Source: Trichinella spiralis
Taxonomy: Eukaryota
Direction: 5' to 3'
DNA length: 64,000 nucleotides
NCBI RefSeq assembly: GCF_000181795.1
Contig: NW_003526946.1
Span: 7,677 to 71,676, forward strand
Shown here: piece by piece, positions 52,546 through 64,000 of the stretch
Numbering within the stretch: the stretch's first letter is position 1
Layout: every line of letters begins with the position of its first letter
Made by a program: the position numbers and the translations under genes
Notes under the pieces: model-generated
The model's database searches: none
Told to the model about the DNA's origin: nothing
What the model saw: only the letters and a program-made list of their open reading frames with translations

Positions 52546-54736
52546 ATGTTTGCTGGTAAATTATTTCACAGATTACTTTACACAAAAATGTCACTGGGAA
52601 AATTGAGATGTGCTATTTGTTATCGAAAATGCATTTCCATCAGTGCTTTGTTGGAAAACCATGGAGCAGCACAAACAGATGTTAATAAGCAGAACGCATG
52701 TGTTTTGCCACATTGGGTAAATACGCAGAATTCTATGAAAATTTATGAAGCTAAGAGTATGAATGAATTATGGGAAATTTTTGATGAAAAGGAATTAAGC
52801 AGTGGTGAACTTGTGAGTTTTTTGAACTGCTTGTGCAAGCTGTCCATAAATGGCACCGCAACTGATGAATTCAAACATCGATCTGATGTAATTTGTCAGA
52901 AAATATTTAATCGGCTTAATCAGTTCAAGAGTGGAGATTTTATTATAATATTTCGCTGCCTTTTAAAGCTGAATGTTTCGCCTGAACATAAGATTATTCA
53001 AATTTTGGAACAGCAACTGCTACGATGCTTGCATTTACTGAGTGTTTCATCATTGATTTCACTGGTGTGCTTTCATTTTCCATTTGCTACATCTGATGAA
53101 AGCAAAATTTTTCAAAGGGAACTTGAAATGGCATTGTTCGATAAGATTGATAGCATAACAAGTTTTTCTTCTTTACTTGAATTATGGACATTTTATGGGA
53201 CAGATTATAATTGGAAAACCGCATTACAATGTAAAATGCTAAAGTTAACTGGCGAAGCATCTCTGGATGAATTATTAAAAATGCTGCTGCACTTGGCGGA
53301 TCGTAGCATTCGAATTCCAAAAGTTGTTGATAGTAATTTATTAAGAATTTATAATTTGCAAAAAGAAAACGGCCTGAACTTAAATCAAGCAATATCTGTT
53401 CTTAATTCTATGATGAAATTGAATTACTTTAAGCTAGACTTGGTAAACGCAGCTTGCGATGTTTTGAAGGACAACATCTTGAATTTAGACAATGTTAATT
53501 CTATCAATGAAATTGCTTACATTTTTGGATCAATGAAACTCAGAGATGAAAGCATATTAAATTTGCTTTGTGAATGGTTCACCACCAGACTAAATAGTCT
53601 TGCTGTTTCTGATTTATTTCAACTTGTTATTACACTTGCTCAGTGTAATTTTGAAAATTCTATCTGCAACAAGATTTCCAATTATTTGGAGAATGCTGAT
53701 GGTAGAAATTCAAATGCTTGGTTAAATGTAGTTTGGAGTTTGTCCATTCAAAGAAACCTATCTTCAAAATTAGCTTCTACTGTTTTAAATTCGTCGTTTA
53801 CATCAAAATTTAAAGGTAGGAAATTCATTGTTATTTTAGAATTTTGTTTTTATGAAAAAAATTAGCAATGTTTTCTGCAGACGATTTACTTGCAACGATG
53901 AAGCTTGTGAATGTAAAATCAGCTGTACAGCTTGAAGTGGATGACTATGCAGGGCCAGAGTTCAAGTTCGATTTGCCAGAATCTTGCCGTTACGAAGTAA
54001 TTATACAATTATTAATTTCATTTGTTTTATATTGAAATATGAAGCGATTTTAAAATGGATAACAATATGTTTATTATTAATTTTTTATTATTTATTTACA
54101 AAGCTCACTGAAATTAAAATCAATCTTAAAAATTATAGCAAAATTGGAAATCTTTCATATCTTCATTCTTCACAATTTAATCGCTTGTTTATTTCAGATG
54201 ATAATGAATAGACAAAAAATTGACATGGCTCAAATCCTTTTTGATGCACTTAACAATCTGGTTCCATTACATAAATATGTAAAATATCAGTTTATTCATC
54301 AACTTGGATATGCAGTTGGTAATTTTATTAAAGCAATTGAAAAATTTTACACTTTGCTTAGTAATTTTATTTCTGTTCACAGAAGCTGAGCTACGGTACG
54401 ACTTGAAAAATGGAATAATTTCGTTGGAAGATTGGAAGCGTTCAGAAGATGTTTGCAAAAAAGTTTTGTTAATCTTGTTGGATCAGCGCGATTTTACGAA
54501 AATTTCCTCAAAATTGATTGGTCGTCGAGCGATGATGATCCGGCATTTTAAACTGTCCGGATATAGCATTGCTACTGTAATTTTTGATTCAGAGAATTTT
54601 GATGTTAAATTGATGTTTTTTGAATTTTCAGATTCACTGGTCTAAATTTGGTCAACTGAAGAATAAGTTTGACAGAATCAAATTTTTGAACAATGTTTTG
54701 GAAAACCAATTGAAAAATGACTCTTCTGCTGAATGA
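52546..54736 (+). CDS. FAST kinase domain / RAP domain mitochondrial RNA-binding protein (FASTKD/TBRG4-like)
   Basis: Large helical exon 52546-53816 (AWLNVVWSL). C-terminal RAP-like LIGRRAMMIRHFKLSGYSIATIHWSKF; stop at 54734-54736. Confidence 0.8.
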
Positions 54737-55456
54737 GTAAATTGTAAATTTTTTAAATTTATTCTTATTTTTGAAAAACATGCAGAAAATTAAAGTTTTT
54801 AAATATATTTTAGAATATCTTGTTATGAAAATTGCTGAAAAAATTATTATTAAGGAAAAAGCTCCTTTATAATTTTTTACTTTTTACTTTTTACTTTATA
54901 CTTTATTTTTTTTGTAATCAGTGAAATTCTTTTGTAAATAAATGGAAGCAGTGTAATCAAATGTTTGCGCTGAATGCTTTTTTAGAAAAGAAGTTTTTGT
55001 TTTTATTCTTATATTGTATTTCTGTATTAACATCTGTAGAATTATTTTTAATTTATTCAGTTCAGTGTACAAAAATATCTCAAATCAAAACTGACTAAAT
55101 TAATAAAACTTCGCAATTTTCTGACAGTTAGAAGTAGTTCTTCTAGCTAATTTTCCTTTTGTATTTCGGATAAATCGAACCACTATTTCTATTTTAAACG
55201 TTTGTTACTTTTTGTGTACTTTAAATTTGACCTCATAAAAAGTTTTCTACTATTCTGTTTTTACTGATTTCTATCTTATAGTCAAATTTTTTCTTGTTTC
55301 TTAGTAAATGCCAACCTTGAAAATATGACAGTACTTGATTGTCTTTAAAGTACCATATGACGCCGTTTAAATTAGAAAGCAACTTGCGTTATATTTCTGG
55401 AAAAATTTTTACATTTATATTGCATTTCTTTGGTGAATAAACTGATTTATGAAATA

Positions 55457-58400
55457 ATGTCTGAAGAAAAGTTTCAATTGCTGAAACAACCATGGTTACT
55501 TAACTCTGTCAACATTTCTCACCTGATGCCTGTCATGTTAGAGGAAGAAGTATGCATGTTTATTTCATAGCAGTATTGTTTTGAATTATTTATGATAACA
55601 TAAAATGTGTGTCTGAAATTTTGAATTATTAATTTTTTTTACTTTTATCAAATTTAATACACATTTTATGGTGATAAATATTTTGTTTTATCATGTACAT
55701 TTAATTACCGAGATTTATTGATAAGTTTTATTTTATTTTAGATTGCTAAAGCTGTTGAATTAACAATGGTTGAAAGGCCTGAATGTTTAAGTCGGTTATG
55801 CTCTTTATTGTTAAAAGGTTGTTTTTTGTTTATTATAATATTATTTAAGAAATACAGTCGTTTCTTATGTTTCAGAATTGAATTGTTTGGGTGATTCTGA
55901 AAAGTTTAGGGCATTAATTTTATGGTTAGTAAAACGGATGAAAGATGGTCAACTCCCCGATGTCGCATTGAGTTCAATATACATAGTTCTTTTAAATGAA
56001 GTTAGTGAAGATTATATCTACGATTTTGTTTGAAATTATTATTTCAGCTGTCCAATCTTGAAATATGTTATGTTGTTGCTATGACTTCACGTCACATGGA
56101 GCATTTTCAACGGGGAAATTTTGTTGAAAACAAGTCAGATTTGAAATACATTAGACTCAAATTTCAGAATTATTTTAATGTTTGCTTTTTAGGTGGGCTT
56201 TTCTTTTGCCTAAGTTTTTCAGTATTATAGCAGCAGCTACGGAAATTGATGCAGGTGATGGAAGCAGGCTTCCTGGAAAAGAACTGAAAACTCGACTGCT
56301 TCAGCAATTTGTTAATTTGAATTTGCCCACATCGAGGCGATTGCTTTTACTAACTGTTTTAAAGTGACGTATTTCTACAAAGTTAATTTATTTTTACTAA
56401 TCTTTATTTTTTGTATTCAGAGAAGTTGAAATGACACCGTCCGAGAAAGTTCACATATTTAAACCTTTCTTTGATCATCTGAATGAATTAAATTTGGATG
56501 AAATTGAATGCTATGTCAACGGTTTGCTCCATCTTTTAGTTATGGTAAAGTTTTTTAGTTTCTAGTTGTTTAATTTTAACAAAATAAGTTTTAAGGAATC
56601 GAAAAATGTCTATTTTGGACAGTTAATGGAATTTTTGTGCTCATTTCCAAACAGAGCAAAGTAAACAAATTTAAAATTCATTTACTTTTAATACAATGTT
56701 ATTTTTGTTTGAAGATATCTTTCACAAGGAACGGAATCTGTGCAAAAAGTTCAGAGTAATGTTATTTTGAACATTACTCATGCTGTTAGGCAGTATCAAA
56801 GTTTTGGAAAGCACGTTATAAATACTCTTAAAGTAAGTAAAGATGTTTACTTTTATAATTTCAAAATTGGAATTTATCGATAAATAATATTAAATTTCCT
56901 TCAGTACTGTGTATTTTTTTAATTATAAAAGTCTTTGTACATGAATATTATGCGTGCATATTTGCAAACCCACTGCACGATAAATGCGTTGTACGTTGTA
57001 GATGAAAACTAACGTTGGGATAAGTGAATTTTACATTTTGCTTCCGTTATGCTTGACTCGTATACATCGTTATCATCAAACGGTAGTATATATCGATTTT
57101 TTCAAAAACAGTTTTCATTATTTGATATATTTATTTAGTGCTTGGAACTATTGAAAATGGGAATTTTTGATTTTTTGAAAAAGAAGCATGCAACTTTTAC
57201 ATCGGCTTGGCTGCGATCAGTAATACCTGAAAATGATAAGCTGAAAAAAGTTATGGACAGTTTAATTTCTTCTGAGTCTGTATTTTTTCATTTGATTTGC
57301 TTAATTGCGTATTGAGTTCTCAATTTAGCTTGAACGATCGTGAATATGTTGTTCACGGCTTATCCGAGTTGGGGTTTCTACTTTTGGATTCAGTGAATTT
57401 GAAAGAAAGCGGCACTTTGGAAAAATCGACAAAGAATGTTCTTCAGAATGAACAAATTGCATTAGCAAAGCACTTGATTATTGGAAATTTTAAGGTAAAA
57501 ATTATCTTCATATGAATTAATATATTTTTATAATTTATTAGAGACACAACTTTATTCGTCGCGCAATCATAGAAAAAATTATTGACGCAGTTATGCTACA
57601 GAGTTCGTCTTGTTTGTATCTTTTAGGTAAGTAGATGTATGGGCACATGATTTTTTGGTCTCATGAAGAATGCATTTATTTAGATGTGTTTTGCATTTTG
57701 ATAAAAATATCCCCAATGACAGTGCTGGAAAGTGAAGAGACAATAATTAAATCATTTTCAGTGCTACCGGTGCTTTCCACAGAAAGCGGCTTGCGCTACA
57801 TGAAATCGTTGATTCCAATTATTGAACTGAAACCAGCAATGCGCAATTCTTTATTTATTGCTCTCAGAAATGCGATCTTTTCAAAGTGAACGATTTTTGG
57901 TAGATTCAAATAATTTAAATTTCAATATTTAGGGATTTGTTGGCGAGAAAGACTGCTGTCAATGGTTTCTTATTATTTTTAAATCAAAAAGATTTAATCA
58001 ACGCTTTCAGCTCTAGCCAGATGTCGAATTCTTCTCAACCTTTTCCAACATATTCAAGTCAGGTAAATGTTTAATTTATTAACTTTAACTTTAAATTTTT
58101 ATTCCATCTTATTTTTTGTAAAGACCCTGCCGACTTCTTCATGTGCAGCAAGTGGTCGAATCAGTGTAGCTACGATATTTCTGGAAATGATCAGCTGTTT
58201 ACGACGAGCATTGTCTTTGCAAAGCGAACTACGACGCATGCTGTACATTGTAATCGAACGATTTTGTTATTTCTATTTTGCAATGTATTTTTTAATGTAT
58301 ATTTTCTTTTGTGCAGGGTTTATGTAAAGTGGCGGGAAATCAAAAAGTGCTTCAAGAGCCTGTTTTGGATATGCTGCAAAAGCAATTTGAAAATTACCTC

Positions 58401-61400
58401 TCTGATCCTTCCAAAAGTGGTCCTCCTTTGTGTTTGGAATTTTGCATCAGCTCTTCGAAAAATGGAGTCACTTTGGTAGAACCGTTGGTAATTGATTTCA
58501 ATATTAATTGCACTCAATTACTGTGCAGTGGTGTTATTATTTGTTTTTCAGGGTGTGCTGATAGCTTCCATCAATTTGTGTTTGGGCGCAGTGCAAGCCG
58601 ACGACACTGGCAATGATTCAGAAATTTCATCGCAATATCATTTAGATTTTGAGATGATTGATTCGATGAAAAAGCGCATGAATACAATTTGCCAATATAT
58701 GATGTCTGCAGATTTGGAAGATTTTAATCTGGTTTGCTTTTTGTTTCTTGCTTCTCCTTTCCATGAGTATCATACGTTAGGACAAATCTGTATCGTTTTC
58801 CACGGAAGAAATAGTCGGCCAAAGGACCATTTCCATGGCTTTTCAATTTTTATCCGTTCTTGAAGCGTTGATTGATTTCATAATTATGGATTTTAATTTC
58901 AAGTAAATATTTTTTTGAGCAAAGAATATTTATCATTGATAACTTTTAATTTTTTTTGTTTAAATTTACAGTTCCGCAGATTCTGCAATCTCCATACTGA
59001 AATTGTACGGTTTGCATTGTAAGATGAGTGAACTTTTGAAAGAAAATTTGAACCTGAAAAGGCATAAAAGAAAGCTGTCTGATGAAGATGCTAATTCTTT
59101 GGCAGACGCTCACGGCAGGAAAGGAAAACTACTCTCAAATCATGAATGTTGCATTCGACTTTCCAGTTTTGCAGTTTTATTATCCCATTTACTGACGTAA
59201 ATGATGCGTTTAATTATTGATATTTGCATGTGATTTTGTGATTTTGCTTTTTAGGGATTTAGAATCTGATCATGAAATTTCACTGAATCCAATGCGAGAA
59301 AGGGAAGATTTTATGACATTTTTGTTCAACGCTGTCAAGTCCAAGTTGGCTAATGTGCAAATTCAAGAATTTAACAAAAGGAAAGATTCTGTCAGTGTTT
59401 GCAAATTAGCCAGGTCGTCAAGAATACATTATCCATTTTTTGTTGAGCTTAAATTTAATAATGCAATTTTATTTGAAGGTTGTTTTTGATGTTTTTTCGA
59501 CAAGGAAATAATGTCGCTGCTGAAGTTAAAAAACATCCCTCGCTTGTATTTTCATCTTTGGAAGCTTTTTCTCTGTGCATTGATGTGATCGATAATTATT
59601 CGACCAGTGCTGAATCTTTTGCAAAGTCATTGTCATTGATGGGTAAAAATTAGAATTAGTAACATTGTTACAATTCAGTTATTTTTTCTTTTCTTTTATT
59701 TTAGTGTCTGATTTCGATGCGTCATTACATTGGAATAGTTTGCATCATTTGGATCAAATATACAGATATTGTGTAACTTTTACAGTACGTATATATTTTT
59801 GCATTTATTATTATTTTTTTGTATAGATTTGGAAAATGTTTAGAAAATGCTGCGTCGAAATCTTAACACCAGTACAGATGACAAAAAAGATTCTGAAAAC
59901 AAAGTGGAAAAAGCATCAGCATTTATTATTCGTACGATTGAAAAATTTCTTGCATATTTGCCGCGTGATTGTTCATTTTATGAAAAAGTGTTCAAGCACA
60001 TTTGGCAAATTTGTGAAGAGCAAATTGACAGTAAGCAGAATTATCAAATTTTTACGCACATCGACGTCTGTGTTGTGCTTTCAGTGGAACCTTATGTGGC
60101 TCGCTTGGTGTGGAATCTGGCTTTAAGCATGTTCAAAGAAGTGGAAGCAAAGCCGACCAGTCTGATTCACATTGCAGAACAACTTCACTGTATATTTGGT
60201 GATATTGCTGATGTGCGATTTTATTTGTCTAATTATGTTAGTTGTGGAAAAAAGTTATAAAATTTTGTTTTCTTCTTCTTTCTTCCCGCAGGGTCACATA
60301 ACGGACGAATCAGAGTACAGGTATAGTTCAATAAATGCAAGAACAGCTTCAACTGTACTCGGTGCACTTTTGAACATCGAAGATTTATTTTTGGAAGATG
60401 TCATTTATGCGATTGGTCATGCGAAAGCTTTACGATTCGCAGGCGCAGCAGGTTCTGCAGCGGATTCCAGTTGTAAGAAATTGAATAATGTTTAACATTA
60501 AACGAAGATTATTCCATTTGTCGACCATTGGATTGTTTGATTTGCATCATTTATTGTATTGAATATTGAGAAAAATTATTTTTCAGGGGAAGCAAATCTC
60601 AAATTGGTTGAAACGAGTGCATGTGAATTTCTTGGTTTGCTTCTTCTTGTATGGCACGAACTTGTTCAAAGTCGAATTCCAGTGAAAATGATTGATTCAG
60701 TTATAAAAGGTTTGGAAAAGATGTTCAAAGTATTGCATTTATTTGCGAAATATGTACGTTTTTTTCATCTAATCTTTTCTTAATTCTTCGTTTATTGTTC
60801 ATTATTTTTTTTATTATAGCATGTAACAATGGTATTGAAAAAGTATTCTACCCCGAATGAATTATTTCAACAGTTGACGAAACGATCCGGCACTCACCTG
60901 ATTCCGTACGTGTACAAAATGATTTCATATGCTCAGGTATGGCTGTTGTTGACTGTTTTATTATTTTTTTTGAACTTCTTACAATATGAAATTCATATAA
61001 CTGACACAATAATAGTAGAAGAGTTTTTTTTTGCATTCTCAAACAATTTTAAGGAAGAAAGTAACAGTAGTGGTGGCAAGTCCAGAACTTCTGGCGCTAA
61101 AGCAAAAGTGAAAATTATTCGTGAAATGAGGAGCGTATCGAAGCTCATTTTTGCCTTGGAAAATTATGAACAATGTCTGATTGATTTGGGAAATCGTTGC
61201 AACGTCAATTACATGAGAACAATAAAGCCAAGCGTCAACCGAGATTTCAAAATTGACGTCAACCGCGCCCGTGCAGCAATCCGTGATGAACATGAAGAGG
61301 ACCAGCAACAAGTATAATTTTCAATCTCTCTTGATCACATTTTGAATTGTTTGCCTGAATGATTTTTAGGACGAATTGGAAAATGTCGTCGTTAAGAAGA

Positions 61401-61414
61401 GTCGAAAAGGATAA
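55457..61414 (+). CDS. FANCI: Fanconi anemia group I protein
   Basis: Many exons. VVHGLSELGFLLLDS, MRNSLFIALRNAIFSKDLLARKTAVNGFL, an SQ cluster, EMISCLRRALSLQSELRRMLY, SGTHLIPYVYKMISYAQ, KLIFALENYE, RDFKI. Confidence 0.9.
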
Positions 61415-61989
61415 AAGTTGAAACATTTATTTTTTCATTATTTCTAAAAAAATATTTAACAAAATGACGTGAAACAGTACGCTATCATGTCGAGCTTTAC
61501 CTTTTTTATTTTGCACAACGAATGCATGGGTTTATTTTTCTTCAATTCAGAGCAGCTGTTCGAGAAAATGTATTTTTAAAAACTTTTACGACGTATTCAA
61601 TGAAAATTATCCAAAATAAAGTCGTAAACTGAAGTAGTTTTTATTTTTACTTTTTTTAAATTTAAACCTGATAATCATTATTTTACAGTATGAACTAAAA
61701 AAATGTAATTCGTGATATATTTGTGACCTATTGTTGTATTGAACAGTGATATTTGTATATTTTTCTTGCAATGTAGTTAAACTGTTTGTCTGCGGATAAA
61801 GCATTGTTTATAAGAATTTTTTTTGCGATAAAGTTATGAATTTCTTATTGATATACGTGTTTTGAAAATAAATACTGAAATTGATTTTGAAAAAAATACT
61901 GAAGAACAATTTGCCTATCTATATGGCAAATTTACAAATTTGCGCTTTCCAATAATGTTTGATCAGCTGTGTCAATATGCACTTCTGAA

Positions 61990-64000
61990 ATGATTACTTG
62001 TGAAAAAGAAGATGCTGATAATTATTGTGAATTCACCACGGAAGAAACCGATAAAGTTCTTTGTTCGACACGCAGCGATGCAATTTTTTCTTCAACCAAC
62101 AACAGTCGGATATTTCTAGCTTTCAGTTTGATCATAATAGCGATGATTCTTTGCATTCTAGTCAGTGTATTTGTTGTTTCTTTTTTGAACACTTACGCAG
62201 CAGTCAAGGTCGAAACTGAAGTAAGCGTCCACGCTTGTTTGTAATTATGTTGTAAAATCTAGTCAGTGTATTAGTTGTTGTTTTTTATTGTAAAAATATT
62301 ATTACAGTTTTGAAGAAAATGATAATCTATAATGACAAAATTTTCAAATTCAAATCAAGTAAATAAGTCAGACATTTTCACTTGCACTCTGCTGGTCGAC
62401 TTACTCGTAAATTTGCATGAAATGAATTATGTTCATTATGAATTTTAACTGTTCTGAAATGTAAAGTTGATCGATCAACTTGGGTGAAATTGTTTTCAAA
62501 ATTTCAAACAATTTCTTGAAAGTTGTCACTCAAACAAATTTGTTAATTTTCCAACTTCGCTTTTTATAAATTCTTTCTAACCTGAGGATTTTATTAAACC
62601 AGTTCTTTTTTGATATTTCTGTTTTTTTACAGGTTTATTTTTCATTAGCGTTGCTTTTCATATCACATTGTCTGAGTTTGCATGATTTGCAGGTTTCTTG
62701 TGAATAAGTTGAAAAACATTTTTTAAAATTAATACTGTTGTTATTATTTTATGTTGAGATTATGATTTGCTTTTATATTTAATTTATCGTTGTGCGGATC
62801 GCTTTTATTCTGTGCTTTCAGTATCGGCCTGGACCGCAACCTCGACCATTTTTCTCTTGTAACTCTTCGGTGATTGATTTGCATCAGGGCGACTTGGATC
62901 CTATAATAGATCATTTCGCTTGTGGTGAAGTTCTGTTTGTGATGTACTATGCGCCGTGGAGTTTTGACTGCTTGCAGTTCAGATCGTATTTTGAAATTTT
63001 GGCCTCGTATTTCAGTTCTCAGATTACATTTTATGGTGTAAATTGTTGGGAACCAGCAGGCCAGTGTCGGCGCCTTCGGCAGCCTCGTGAATTTCCCATT
63101 TTTGAACTCTACTTTCACAAGCCCAGACAAAGCATCGAATACAGCGGCCTGTTGTCATTGGATTATATGTTCAAGTATCGGTTTGTTGTTCTGTTGTTCT
63201 AGTGAAGAGATTTTTGAAATTTTTTTTTCTAGATTTTTGGAACATGCACTTGATCCATTTGTCCGACTTGCAACTCAGGAAGAGTTGAGTGAATTTCTAT
63301 CTCGTCTCACCAACCGAGTGATTGGATATTATGCGTTTGACGAGTACCGCAATCCGCCGCAATATGAGAAGTTCTACTTGATCTGCTTGAGATCGTTGGA
63401 AATAGATCCAATACGGAAATTGGCCGAATTCGCTGTAGTCACGGACAAAAGTTTGGCAGCTCGTGTGAATTTAACCGCCAACGCTCAGCTGTGCTATTTC
63501 ACCAGCATAAGCAACACTTGTCAAGTATATGCTTTCTTTGTCTTTATGGCCGAAAATTGGCCCTTCAAATGTTTGATTATTGTTGTTTTTTTTCTTTTTT
63601 TAAGAGATATCCTGATAATGAGCATTTCTCTGTAGAAGCAGTGTTGAAGTGGATTGCTGGACAATTTAAAGTTGTTAATTTTTGGTTTATACCAAATCAG
63701 AAGAAAAGCAGCGCTTTACGATCAGTTCTGAAGAGGCCTTCATTTCTGTTGTTGACTCCTTGGCAATTGTTGGTTGAACACTCGACGATTGTTTCACTTG
63801 TAAAAAAAATTTAACTTTTTGTGCATATCTTTTATTTTTTGAAAATGAAATTATAAAAATTTTTTCAAAGTTTTCACCATTGGCCGCGATGTACTTCGAC
63901 TGCAAAAAGGACGAATCGATAAAGGAGCGATTTGAAAAAGTCGCTTCATCTTTGGGATTGGAGCCCGAAGCAGTTGCAAATTATCGAGCGAAATGTATTG
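61990..64000 (+). CDS. TXNDC11: Thioredoxin domain-containing protein 11-like, running off the window
   Basis: N-terminal TM exon (~61990-62160), then PRPFFS...VMYYAPWSFDC...FYGVNCWEPAGQCRR...FPIFELY...IEYSG. Confidence 0.8.

Overview
AT-rich eukaryotic DNA with many ~50-nt GT-AG introns. It is most likely a Trichinella-type (clade I) nematode; this is inferred from gene content, especially the expanded divergent DNase II family. The left 35.5 kb is a nested mobile-element structure. A minus-strand gypsy remnant was split by a plus-strand gypsy element (LTRs 1917-2147 and 35137-35361, TSD TTCT). Inside that element, Merlin-like TIRs (2937 and 31884) enclose a ~28 kb block with five DNase II-like loci that lack both catalytic histidines. 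That block is bounded by two 10-N assembly gaps and its ends repeat each other, so the nesting could be an assembly artefact. The right 28 kb holds conserved-family genes: an intronless REEP/Yop1-like gene, PFAS, a small ShK-like protein, MRPL22, RARS2, a FASTKD/RAP protein, FANCI and a partial TXNDC11. The most notable signals are (i) a PFAS with a degenerate synthetase site but an intact glutaminase triad, (ii) the pseudo-nuclease array with gene-conversion mosaics and its position inside transposon ends, and (iii) a FANCI lacking the ubiquitinated lysine. Exon coordinates were read by eye.
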